Assembly: GCA_051294905.1 (NCBI GenBank)
Contig: CM119372.1
Coordinates: forward strand, 33,420,001 to 33,484,000
Length of the DNA: 64,000 nucleotides
Direction of reading: 5' to 3'
Origin: Botryllus schlosseri
Lineage: Eukaryota
The first letter of the stretch is position 1. Every line of letters starts with the position of its first letter. The notes under the pieces are model-generated. The model was not told where the DNA came from. It ran no database searches and was given only the letters and a program-made list of their open reading frames with translations. The translations under genes were made by a program, and so were the position numbers. Below are positions 51,623-64,000 of this stretch, one piece after another.

Positions 51623-54338
51623 GTGAGCAACATTTATGTTTACCTTCGAACCTATCTATATGTGTTCAGTAGCCTACCTTACACCCCATGTAAATGTTGA
51701 GCTAGCTCAGTGGTTCTCGAACTTTTTTGACAAGCTACCTTGGCAATAGCTAAAATTTTCGCCACCACCCCTTTATCGTTATATCAAAAATATTAAAACG
51801 AGCAGCCAGAATATTAGCGACCCCAACACATTGTTTGACGGCATGCAGGGTATTCTGGCTACACTATGTTACCAGCCTGAACTATCGCGTCTCCAGCAGG
51901 ACTGTCGTGTGTGCGCAGCGTGTGCGAATGTTAGCCTGACCGCGGACTTTAGGCTGTCGATGACTAAAATATCAGTTCCGACATGTTGGCGTAGCCAGGA
52001 GCCATCTTTGTATATGACCATAAAGTAGAATATCTCGTAAAGGATTTATTTGTCTTGATATTTTTTTAGCGCTGCGCTCGATTTATTGCCAATCGATTTA
52101 TTGCTTTTAGTATTGGTGTCTCCTCCTGAAACGTCTTATTTACGGAATTGATATTAGCTATATTGGCAATTATGCGAGAACGTGTCGTCCGACATACGAC
52201 TTCGCGTCTGCACTCGCGAAAAGATCGTCGGCGATGAAACCTTTGCACAAAGTGATAGACGCACTTTCACTGAACTCTTCGATATTGATACGTCCAAGCG
52301 TTGATTAATCATGTCCTGGCCAAATGAGCCCAGCAGTTTACAGCGTCGACCCACAATATATGCAACTAACAATGTTTTATTGACCTAATTCTTTCATTAA
52401 CTTAAATAATATTTTCGCGCTTTGCGCGACTAGGACATGTTTTCATGACATAATTGTTAACGATTTTGATGTGTGGTAATATGAGTCCTTTTTTACTGTT
52501 ACCTATAATCCGGTTCGTTCCTATCGAACGACTAAAAAAGCACATCAACATTCAAGTGGCCCACGCAATGGTTTGGAAATCTCATGTGGCCCGTTGGCCG
52601 AAAAGGTTGACCACCCCTGATGTACGGTATCAATAAATTTTTGTCAATCATTATTCAATCGATTAACCAATTCAGTGTCATGGTTCAGTTATTCAAATGT
52701 AATACGATGTAATGTTATTCAACAGAATGTTATGTAATTTAACATTGCAAGTCTATTATGGTTAGTGCAGGGGTGGCCAATCGTTTTCAAAAGTCTATTA
52801 TCGTTTGTGCAGGGGTGGCCAACCTTTTCAAATTTTTTCAAAGTTCACGAAACAATTAGGTCAATGAAATAATGTTAGTTGCATATATTGTGGGCCGTCG
52901 CTGTATACCGCTGGGCTTATTTGACCAGGACATGATTAATCAACGCTTGGACATATCAGTATCGAAGAGTTCAGTGAAAGCGCGTCTATCACTTTGTGCA
53001 AAGGTTTCATCGCCGACGATCTCTTCGCGAGTGCAGGCGCGAAGTCGGATGTCGGACGACACGTTCTCGCATTCCATTTTGCTGGGTAAAAGACGGATTA
53101 ATCGGTCATTTATCTTCAATCAAATAATATAAAGTTAAATATAAATGCAAAAGGCGTTTTATCACTCACACGTAGAACTGCTAATAGCATATGTGAGTAA
53201 CTGTATAGCTACACGCTACGTTCTATTATCAGCCGAAATAGAGGATCGAATACGAAGCCTCGAGAAGTTGCAATAAATTGATAAGGGACAATATACTACC
53301 CTTCCGTGAGAATAGGGACGCATAGACAATATTCGTTCGATTTAAATTATACAGGAGAGTTGGTAAAAGATAGCACCGCGCAATTTAACCACTGTGCTGT
53401 CTGAGAAACAAAGATACCTTGCTAACAGAATAAACTACTACTACGACGACAACGCAAGCATAAGCTGTGACCGTTTCGTTTGCGGTCAATTAAATTATGA
53501 TGTAACAACAGGATCAGTGAAAGGTGCGATCAGTGAATGGCTGTTTGCTCTCACAAGTGATACCGGCATATCGCAAAAAATCCGAACGTACATAAGATAT
53601 AGGGTGATTTAATTGACACCGTTTACTTGATTACTTGAAATTGACTCGTGAATTTTACTCCGAGTCACGAGTCAATCCATATATCTCGAGCGCCGAGTCG
53701 AGTCAAGTCATTTTTGCAAAGTGACTCGAGTCATCCCAACACTGCGTAGTACTAAGAGCTATCTAAACAGGATCGAGCATGTCTTTAACATTCAATGTTG
53801 TTGTTTCTCTGTAGGGTTCTATGGGGAAAAAGGCAGAAAGCAGCGTCTTATCCTTGTCATCAGAAGATGAAGAAGACACATAATCAGTTGGCTTGATTAT
53901 TTTTTCATTCGCTTCTTTGACATCGTTTCGTTTTGAATTATTTTCTTTGAGTTTCGTTGACACTGTTTTCTGTATGAATTATAAGTTCATCAAAGGCAAT
54001 GTGTACTGTGATACGTGTATGTGTCCGCAGCCACCCTCAGGTATGCCTAAATATGGGAATACAGGGATGTTAGTATCTCAGGATGTTTTTCTGACCATCG
54101 ATTGTACGTTCTAAAGCATTGTAGATACACAGTTTTATCTACGTTTTATTAACGATCCCGATTTGCGTGAAGAACGCGTTAAAACGCGTCGACACAAAAA
54201 CCGACTTAAAACTATCCTGCTAGTCTTTAATATGAACCAAATAAAAACGTTTTTTTAACCTCAATGGGCTGTTTCGTGTTTGCTGGGAAGCATCTGATAA
54301 GTACTAAGTGTAACCCATTACATTCTCTTACATTCTAT

Positions 54339-55310
54339 CAGTGTTGGGATCAAGTCACTACCTTCGAGTCACGAGTCATTTCGAGTCATTGGATATTTTG
54401 ACTCGAGTCAAGTCAAGTCATTCGATCTTCGAAGGTGACTCGAGTCAAGTCAAGTCACTCGATTTTTGGAAGTGACTCGAGTCAAGTCAAGTCAAGTCAA
54501 GTCAAGTCACGAGTCAAGTCATATTTCAAGTCAAGTTGCCTTTTCGAAGTATGAGGCATGCCTACGCCATTGCATTTTTGTAGTTGTCCGAAACACAGAT
54601 TCACTGGTCATTGATTTTGAACCGATGAACGAATATGAAGTTGAATATACACGTAAGACGGCGCTGTATCGCTCGCATATAGGCTACGTAGAAATGCTAA
54701 ACTACGCAAGTATAATTGCATAGCCTCAGTTTATAGTTTCCAGCCAAAATAGAGAATCGAGAAACGAATTGATAAGATACAATTTATTACCCATTTACAA
54801 ATGGATATGATACAATTCGAGCCTGCGCCAATGGTCGAGGACTATATAAAGTATCTTCGAATTTAATTTCAAGAAAACAAGAGGTTTGGTTCAGGTACAG
54901 AGAACAGTAATACACATTTTTCTTTAAAATACTTTACTTAATAGTTTACGACAGCGTTAGCTGTAAGCTTCGATCACTTCGTAAGCGGTCCATTTATTTG
55001 TGAGAGAACAATCGGGGCTCAGTAAAACGCACGATCATTGAATAATTGGTCGCTCTCACGGGTTACACCAGCGTTTCGCGATCAATTCGATTGCAAGATA
55101 CAGTGATTTTTATCGACATCGATTGCTTGATGACTTGAAATTGACTCGTGAATTTTGCTTCGAGTCACGAGTCAATCCACATTTCTGATACGCCGAGTCA
55201 AGTCAAGTCAAGTCATTTTCACAAAGTGACTCGAGTCAAGTCAAGTCATACGAAAAAGGTGACTCGAGTCTGACTCGAGTCAAGTCATGACTCGAGTCAT
55301 CCCAACACTG
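54339..55310. mobile_element. hAT-type MITE rich in GACTCGAGTC/CAAGT repeats (fragments elsewhere in the window)
   Basis: TIR CAGTGTTGGGAT / ATCCCAACACTG; TSD CATTCTAT at 54331-54338 and 55311-55318. Confidence 0.93.
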
Positions 55311-58045
55311 CATTCTATCACGGAAATATAGCTGTCATGTACTGCTCTCAGCATTATGTCAATTTCACAACCAGACTTGAACAAACTCGTAACTATAAGT
55401 AGGCCTATATCTAGAACTACCCTCCTTCAAAATCCGCAACTATACTAACTAAAATACATCTACGGCAACTAGATTCAATTCCAAAGCGACTTCTTAAATT
55501 TTACTTTATCGGAATCGGATCGGTTCTCCATATGAACTTCATTGCAAGTTTGAAATAGGAGGGGCTATGACCCACGCGCCCCCCACAGCCACGCCGGGCT
55601 TCGCCACTGGTAGAGATGGCTCTGAGCTAGCAATAGGGGAAAGAACATCAGACAACAGAACACAGGTATCGCGATTTCCGCAAGACGACGAAACGTATTT
55701 TTTTAGTCGTTCGGCAACTAATATTACTAGAACTAACTAGAACTACTCATTCATCGAAGTGCGCAACTAGAACTAGAACCAGAACTATCCACTTTTAAAA
55801 ATACGCAACTAGAACTAGAATTAGAAGTAGGCTGCTCAAAAAACCTGTAGTAAGTTGACAATCTACAAACTAGATTGTTAGTTTGTACAAGTTTGTTGAC
55901 AAGGCCTTTTTACCCAGTTTTACGAATTTAATAGGTTATAGAGTAGTTGTTCTCAATTATTTGAAGCCGCGACCCACTTTCCAGTTTAAAAATAGTCTGT
56001 GAACCAGTTTTCAAAATTCTACTCGAACTATAAATAAAGATATGTTTTTGTAACGTTATAGCGACAACTGAGCAAAATTTATATCTGACGTGTGAGTGAG
56101 TGAGAAATATCAATTGCGATATTTCATTACTGTTATATTGTTTACGGATTATTTTCTTGTAAGCTTTGCTGGTTAATCTTACCGATATCAGCTACTGATG
56201 CAGCAAGTTTCAAGTTTCCATCACCTTTCAAAGCTAGAACAACTTATCGTTAAAATATTGTAGGTCTCGAAAATTGTGGCGAAGCAGAAGAAACAGCAAC
56301 AACATAAGTATCATTGATACATATCATTGATACAATAATGTGTTACTAGTAAATGTGGTGGATTTATGTTTTAGTCGCACAAGCTAAAAATTGGGGTTCG
56401 CCGAAAGCTTGCAGCGTATGGTTTCGGCATGTAGATAAACGTTAATAACCACCTGGCATTAGAGTTACTCATGTTAACGAATTCTTTAAATTTTAGATGC
56501 TCAGATGCTCATTGTTCATTCGTATGAAAATTGCGTCAACTTGCACAACTGTCGTGTATGTGTATATAGACAAGACAAATAACTAGGAATTTTTCGATGA
56601 ATATAATCCTACTATTTTCTCGCACGCGGATCTTTTTTCTAATCAACGTAGAATACGTGCACCACACCTTTTCGTTATAAACACAAGGATCAGAAAAATA
56701 TCCTCACATTCTCGGGACAGAAGTAGTTTTTAGTACTGACCGTGCCATATGCCACGACCAACGACGAAAGTATTCTCGTACAGCTCGTCAGTCGTCAGCT
56801 TCCATTCTGAAAACGGAAGTTACGGGAAGTTTCTTTATATAATTTTCCACAAAGCTAAAATGCTGTGTGAACCTCGGATATTTGGAGGTTCGCGTTCGCG
56901 AACGAACCTTGGTGGATTCTGCACTGTGAAACTTTTTCATACATTAAAATTTTTCGCGTCATAATACCATCTTTGGTTGAATATATCTATATTTCAACTT
57001 CGAACTACTTTCCTCATGACACTGGTGGTATGAAAAAAATCAGCACTAAACGAGCATGCACCTTGCCAATTTGAAAATTATTCGCTTTGTTGGAAAGTTT
57101 GATCGAAATTTTCAGCTTGCCATTTGTGAATTTTTACTGACTCTTTTATATAAGCTTTGCCCACAATCACACAATAGCTAGAACTAATATACTAGACCAG
57201 TGGTTCTCAGACTGGGGACGCGCCACCATTGGGGGACGTGATAACATCTGAAAGGGGGCGCAAAGCTCCAGTCAACTGATTTTTTCGCGCCTCAAGCGAT
57301 TTACCTCTAATTCATTGTTATTCCTCTGTGTATAGTCTGAATTTCTTACATGAGAATTCTCTCATCAACAGTCATAACCTTCCATGGCAGTTAACTATCC
57401 GTTGGGATTGCTATAGCATTATGTTTGTATTTTGTGATATGACGATAAAGGGGGCAAGAATATTTTCACTGTCATAAAGCAAAAGTCAGACTCGAGTCAA
57501 CTTATCGTATGACTTGACTTGACTCGAGTCACTTTGCAAAAATGACTTGTTTTGACTTAACTAGGCGGTTCAGAAATGTGGATTAACTCGTGACTCGGTG
57601 CAAAATTTACGAGTTAATTTCAAGTCATCAAGTAAATGGTGTCGATTAAATCTCTTTACCTTGTTTATGTTCGGATTGTTCTCGATGCGCCGGTGTGACT
57701 TGTGAGAGCAAATGAAATGATCACAGATTATGTTCTAGTAGTAGAATAATCTAATAACAACGTATCTCTGTTTCTTAGACTGCCCTAGGTTTGCATTTAA
57801 AACAAATGGTGTCTTGAAACACCTCATCACCTTTGTAAACACGATTCAACAACAAACACACTATATCCGTATCGATTGCAGTCCACGGTTACCCACTTCA
57901 CAAACGCAAGACTTATATATATTTGTTTATAGTGTAACGACAGGCTTTTTTATTCACTGACCGCCCACGTGCACAGATTAGCCGGTAGAGGTCATAAATT
58001 CGAAAACATAGTGCACCACATTGTATACAATGTATAGTTGTACAC

Positions 58046-59587
58046 TAGGGTTATGACTTGAACGAAAAATTCAAAATTTTGTGTGTCCTGTAGTCATGAA
58101 TGATGAACTTTTGTGTCCTGATTTGAAAACTCACAAAAGTTAAGACTGTTCAAACAAAAACCTACCGCACAAAAGTTTTCCAGTTTTCAGTGTGTGAAGG
58201 ATAGGTTTATTTTGGAGATACAGACTATATAATATATGTATCGACTGATTTGAATGTAACTTAATCAATTCCAATTGCGAAGATTTAAAATAGTATTTTG
58301 GTATATTGTTATTGCCCAGATTGAATTAATTCTATCGTGTTCTTGTTTACAGTCAAAAATAAATAATCATTAAATAATGAAGAATTTCGATTTTAGATGT
58401 AGACAGTATGGTATAATTTCAATTGGTTCGACACAAATCAAATTGGGTGTTCGAAAATGGGAAAATAGAACAACTCAAGATATTTTCAGCTGTCTAGAAA
58501 ACCGATTAGAGGAATATGATGCATAGGGAAATTTGAAAATGTCATATCATATGTGACACAGCATCTGTTGATACTCGACGGCGAAATGGCGTTGTTGTGA
58601 AATTGCAAAATGCAATGATGAGCAAGGGTTTTGATAAACCACCATACATTGGTTGCCAACATCATATTATTGAGTCTTAAAGCATATATCAGAGTCCTTC
58701 GATCCAACGTCTTCAACAAATCCAACTCTCAGCTACAAATTTGGAGATGATGTGGTAAAACACCACGAAAACTTGGTACAATCCACCAAGCCAGAACTTC
58801 AGATGAAAATATTAGAAAACCAAGGCTGGAGGGATGATTTTAAGTTTATCTTTGAGCTGTGCAGAGCATGCCGCTCTTTCAACAAAAATAGTAGATTACC
58901 ACTAATCGGCATCGGTATCGGTATCGGTCATTGAAGGTGAAAAATTACGTCACAACATGGCGGTAGGAATAAGTCAGCAAACTATAATCTTTGACCGCTT
59001 GACTCAGAATATTGATAGCTGCCTTTCTATAGTTTATTTCATGTTCAAGTATAACAATGGCTATAAAGCTGTTCAAATAAATGCTCCAAAGCGTTGAAAA
59101 TGTGCCTATTAAGATATATTCCACTTCTTTTGAATATCGGGTTTATCGGTCAAGGTGTGAGCTATCGTTTTTATCGGGATCGACCCAAAATTCCAATATC
59201 GGCCGGGCTCTAAAATATAACAAATATTATTTGCTGCTATCTTTGAGCTCGAATGTCCTGCAGCGATAAAGTGCCTTAAAACCCCATCGGAATTAGGATA
59301 AGTACATTGTATATGTCTCTGGCACTAACACAATTACAGAAAGGGAAGTCAAATTCATGGAAGAACTTTACCAGAAGTGCAAAAGAAAAATATTTGAAGA
59401 TTAAATTTGTAGCGTAGAATAATCTTCGAATTGTAATTTTTTTCTATCTTTAAATCAATGTCCAAAATTGAATTTAGTTTGCGCGGGACATTTTTTACGA
59501 TTTGAACAAAATAATTATAATTTGATCAATTTATACCGAAATGTTCATTAATTCCTGCTAAAGGTATTTTTTCAAGTCATAACCCTA
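58046..59587 (+). mobile_element. Internally deleted hATm-like transposon with transposase remnants
   Basis: TIR TAGGGTTATGACTTGAA / TTCAAGTCATAACCCTA; TSD TTGTACAC / TTGTAAAC. Plus-strand fragments ICDTASVDTRRRNGVVVKLQ, KPPYIGCQHHI and GWRDDFKFIFELC are typical of hATm transposases. Confidence 0.85.
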
Positions 59588-60502
59588 TTGTAAACCTTAA
59601 ATTAAGTCATGGATTCCCAATTCGCATTTATTCAAGGGGCACATTGTCTGCTCTGATGATCACATTTGTAACGCGGGGCTCAGATTGCAGGACGGGACTA
59701 TTCGGCACCGGCTATATTTGCGGATGAAGATATCACTATCGTAAGTTTCGCCACTTTTTCGGGGCCAACGTTGTATCGCCTCCGATCTCGGGGCCAACAC
59801 TGCATACGTCTGTGGTCAAGTATGCCTTGTGGCGTGATGTATAACCGAATAGCATTACCTAGTATAGTACTTATTATTACTAATATTTGAGAGTGCGGTA
59901 CCCATAATCGAGTTTTTGTATAACTATTTACATGAAATTGTGCCTAGCGCGAAGAGAATTTTCTATTTAAATGTAAACTGCTCAGCAAATTTTCCACCAA
60001 ATGATGGCTTTCGAAATAATTTTGGTCTCCAAGCAGTGCATGATTCCACAATCCATCTCGTACACCTTTTTTGGAACTTCGCATACCTCCAATGGGATCC
60101 TGCACTCCTGGCTAGCTAAGAATCCACGATCTGTAGATTCCTATACATACTCGGTGATTTCGTTCTAACAAATGTTCCTGTTACCTGTATGAAAACTACC
60201 GATATTGCACTCAGCACCCGGCAGTCAATTTACTTTACTATCATACGTCATTTTCTATATGTCTACTCTACATGTAACTCGAAATCGAACCCTCAGAAAT
60301 AATAAACGAACTACTCGACAATATCGAATGCCAGATGTTCATTTATTTTGAATAAGGTGAACATGAACAATTTACCTGATCAAGCGCAATGCATTCTGTC
60401 CAAAATTCGTGTTATATGAGGGATACCGAACAATTGAAATTCGCCACCGGATTAGATTATTTAGCATCAGGCTATTCCCTTTCTCATCCTTAACAGGAGA
60501 GT

Positions 60503-61511
60503 CTAATTAATACTGAGTGTATTACTATCGAGGGTGACGGTTTCCCACATTTTCTGCCGAGTAAATTCCGCCAATCCGTGGACAGCGATTGTAAGAGGGA
60601 ACTTGATTCCCACTCGACTGCCATCAAAAAAGAAATCGTGATCCAACGCCTGGGCGGCGGTGATGCGATCTCGATCATCGTAAGTCAGCAGTTTAATCGC
60701 CAAGTCCTTTGCCTGTGACGACAGGACTCGCCAACCCTCCGAAACGAAAGACGGATCCTTACCCGTGGCAAAGTAGTGAGGATGTGAACCAGTCAGCAGA
60801 TTGTACACGATGCAGCCGCATGCGAATACGTCGACACCACAGTGGTATCCGTCCACAAAAGTTGTTTCAGGGGATCTGTAGCCCACCGTACCGACGGATC
60901 CGTAACAACCGTCACCGTGCTTTGCTTCAACCGCTGAACTAAAGCCAAGGAGCTTCACAGATTCACCACGATACGTTCTGGCGAGGAATAAATTCGGAGG
61001 AATAACGTTTTTGTGGATTATTTTCTTATCGTGACAGTATCGAAGTGCGAACACGCATGTACCACGTCACATGCATTTCGCAGTGCGATCTATCGTATTG
61101 GCCGATAACGGACTTGAAGAGTTCGTCTCCGACCATCTTTTCAAATACTTGGAAATGTATGGCTTGTTCGTGGTAACTTCTGTAGAAATACACTATATTT
61201 GGATGACCGCGCAGTTTATCCAATATCTTCTCTTCCCTATCGAAATTCCACTTCAGGTTTTCGGGCCTAGGCCTACCCATTCGGAACATCGCCAAGTCTT
61301 CTTTGAACCTCAACTTCACGGCAAATTCACCCGGTTCCGGTTCATCATTTTTGTTACAGTACGACTTCACAATTGAGAATTCACCTTTAGCAATCACAGT
61401 CAACTTATCACGGAGGTCCTTGGTTATTGAACGGGGTGGACGGGCATTATTGGAACGGTCGACACCACGCAGGATATCCACGATCACGAATGGCGAAATA
61501 AACATAGTCAA
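60503..61511 (-). pseudogene. Intronless CASK-like CaMK-family kinase domain, frameshifted and catalytically degenerate
   Basis: Motifs IAKGEFSIV, FAVK, HPNIV, ALRYCHDKKIIH, VKLLGFS, VGT..YRSPE, VDVFACGCI and AKDLAIKLL...RITAAQALDH are colinear with the CASK CaMK domain. Frameshift at ~61050 (WYMR/FALRYC). HRD is replaced by HKN and DFG by GFS. Confidence 0.8.
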
Positions 61512-62438
61512 ATGAAAAGTACACAGAACAGACCTTCAGCAATATGAATTACCTGTTGTTGGATTCGGAGCAGCCTGCACGCCGTCTCGGAGTCTCGCAG
61601 TGATCGCCGATAATTACCTTCACATGAGACGACGAATTACCAGACTTATTGATATGCGTACGGGCAAGACATCAGCTCGGTCCCGTTCGTACGTTGGATT
61701 ATAGAAAACGCTCGTGTCACATGTAGTTGCTTGGACTGTATCAGTCTCGAAATATTGTCATTTTCCTCATTACCTTGAACAGTTTAAAAAGATGTCACCA
61801 GGTGATCGATTTATCAGTATCAGAAGTCTGCGAAACCCGGACGTCGCTCGGCAAGCAACTTACAAGAAACATTTCTACACCCTTCACTTACATGGATCAT
61901 TTAGGCAACTATAATTGTTTTCAGATGTCTTGAAAGCAGCTATCTACACGCAAAATAGAGCCATAATATACAACATTACTTTTCTCTTTTATTGAGTGAT
62001 ATATCAGTCCTGTAGAGTCGGTTCAGTCCATACCAGTGACTTCAAACATGTTCAATATACGGACTTCAAACCTGACTCAGACTACGGAAACGTCAAACAC
62101 ACGGACCCCGGACTCCAGCTCCGGCTGCAAAAATTTTATTTATATCTCCATTTTTCCTACAAATCAACTCAGAAAACTATACATGTCACATTCACAATCA
62201 ATCACATGTACTCAAATTAGTGAGCATTTCTACTCAACCGGATGCAGGAATAATGTCGTAAACTAAATTTGAATGGTATATTCCTATTGAAATGAACCCG
62301 AATATTTTCGGCTGACACTCGCCAGGGGTAATCGTAAGAGTCAGCAACTATAGTAGAGAATTCAAAAGAACATTGTATATCAACAATTGTATCAGAAAAT
62401 GTGACGTCACCAGCATGAAATTTCGAATACAAGAGCGT

Positions 62439-62875
62439 TCAATGTACTATTTTCAGACGATACACGAACTCTATTTGTTGACACAGCCTTGGCTGCTGTA
62501 TTTTGATAAAAGTCGACTCCAAGGCACACAAATGAAAGTGTGAACGACCCTTTCCGAGTGCGCGAAATGTGTTGTCTCGATAATTTTTTGCAGAGGTGGG
62601 TTCATCCAACAAGTGTTTTCCAATTGCAGAATTTATGGCCTTTGATTGCTCCGCTTCAATCTTGAGCGGGTGAGTCAAGGGTGAGCTTTTCACCGAGCGT
62701 GACGAGCGTGTTCTAATGAATCTAGGGACATGCTGATCTATGCGTTCCTGCAAGCGCTTCGATGTTCTTCCCACGTAGCCACAATCACAGTGACACTTAA
62801 ATTCGTAAACTACATTGCTCTGTTGAAGTGCAGGAAGCACGTCTTTACGTGTTGCAGAGAGAAGTTGCGTTGTCC
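62439..62875 (-). mobile_element. Penelope-like element fragment (GIY-YIG endonuclease)
   Basis: SNVVYEFKCHCDCGYVGRTSKRLQERIDQH...SAIGKHLL...LESTFIKIQQPRLC matches the Penelope-type GIY-YIG domain. Confidence 0.88.
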
Positions 62876-63559
62876 AACATAGGTGGAATTAGTATATGCA
62901 AATCATACATCAGGATTTTTCTGGACATGTCCGTAATTTTAGTGTTTAATCTGCGTCCTAATGTATTTGAATAATATATGCATATCTAATCCCGAAGCTT
63001 TTCGGCTGACACATATCTGGGGATAACGTCAGCAATAATGCGAGCATTCAACAAAATTTGTTTAGCAACAATCTGTATCGCTAAGTCAAGTCGAGTAAAC
63101 TACAAAAATTCGAAATACGAGAGAGCTATAGCCAAGGTTGCCATCGACATGGACTCAAATATAAGGACAGTTGAAAAATTAGATTAGGCTGCCAATAAAA
63201 GCGATTTTGTATATACTTTGTATTTATACGAGCCGTGGCATATCACATTACATACTTTTCGCAAGAAACAACCTTCTCCTGCAACTCCTTGTTATTAGAA
63301 AGTGCTTTATGGATCTCACGACAGCTCAGGTTTAGGTTTACCATTACTCAAGGCCGAAACAGCACTTCGTCAGCCCCTCCCCCAAAACACACGCTGGTCC
63401 GCCCCCCCCCCCATAGAATGATAAACCAAACTTCTTCACCTCGTTCTGATTAGAGGCGTCAACCAAGATGGAAAAAGTTTAGACAAAATCATTTTTGAGC
63501 GTATGGAGCAAGAACTCCAGTAACAATGCTTGTAGTCTTGGTCCTGACCGAAGCAGACG

Positions 63560-63934
63560 TCCTTGCGATGTTGGAACCGCTTTGAACAATTGCGATGTGC
63601 AATCGTTGTAGAGGAATGATTGCTGATATTTGACAGTATGGGATGTCCAGGTACCCGCAGCAGCAGCTGCCTAGTAGTCTATGCTGGTCGTTGGTGTTGA
63701 TCGACTTGTGAAAAAATAATTCATCGACTGGCTCGAGACAATCATTATGACACACTTCTTGTGTTTTGAGGTATCAATGTGAGTTGAAATAGCGGTCTTT
63801 CCTATGGCCTCCAGGTTAATGTCACAATTGCAGAGATTGCAATGTGCGAAACACTCGCCCTTCATTAAGCTTCCTTTGATATATTCGAATTCTCGTTCAT
63901 AATCGTCACGAAAAACGTTTTTACGCCTGCTCAT
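63560..63934 (-). pseudogene. hAT-type transposase N-terminal zinc-finger remnant
   Basis: RKNVFRDDYEREFEYI...AHCNLCNCDI...GKTAISTHIDTSKHK, continuing past a stop into AAAAGTWTSHTVKYQQSF, a pattern typical of hAT transposase N-termini. Confidence 0.7.
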
Positions 63935-64000
63935 TCTAACTGAACAGATTTAGATATAATTTAGATAAATTTATCAATGATTAATAGCTTTACTACTTTT

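Larger units (their letters stand above)
44258..54287. mobile_element. ~10-kb EnSpm/CACTA-like (CCCAG-terminus) element with many nested MITEs
   Basis: TIR CCCAGCAAACAC at 44258 and GTGTTTGCTGGG ending at 54287; 2-bp flanks AA on both sides; AAAACG-type subterminal motifs; DUF4806-like exon inside. Confidence 0.65.

Noticed and set aside
53394..53612. Possible missing second exon or paralog of the Bcl-2-like gene
   Set aside because: The similarity to 20436 onward is MITE internal sequence, also present in reverse at ~57490-57790.

Overview
This is AT-rich animal genomic DNA, probably from an invertebrate; the species cannot be determined from sequence alone. It is not prokaryotic: there are no operons, rRNA genes or CRISPR arrays. 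Transposable elements dominate the window. These include more than a dozen hAT-type MITEs or deletion derivatives with 8-bp TSDs, a 4-kb PIF/Harbinger element with a decayed transposase, a ~10-kb EnSpm/CACTA-like element carrying a DUF4806-like exon, Chapaev3-like and other hAT transposase remnants, a Penelope GIY-YIG fragment and tRNA-derived SINEs. Two host-type gene relics are visible: a Bcl-2/MCL1-like ORF cut off by a MITE, and an intronless, frameshifted CASK-like CaMK pseudokinase. The most interesting object is a decayed minus-strand retrovirus-like LTR element at ~26.1-34.6 kb. It has a 19-nt tRNA-Ile(AAU) primer-binding site, an intact 89-aa transmembrane glycoprotein ORF in front of gag, and a reconstructable ~617-aa Gag with PPxY and YPxL late-domain motifs and no zinc knuckle. 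An aspartic protease follows, then a linker and integrase-like remnants, with no RT seen. A putative ~3-kb LTR is bounded by a PPT on one side and the PBS on the other, and contains a homeodomain-like ORF. A second, unrelated 582-bp LTR with a PPT and a possible env-like tail lies at 37.3-38.7 kb. All family assignments come from motif recognition by eye and need database confirmation.
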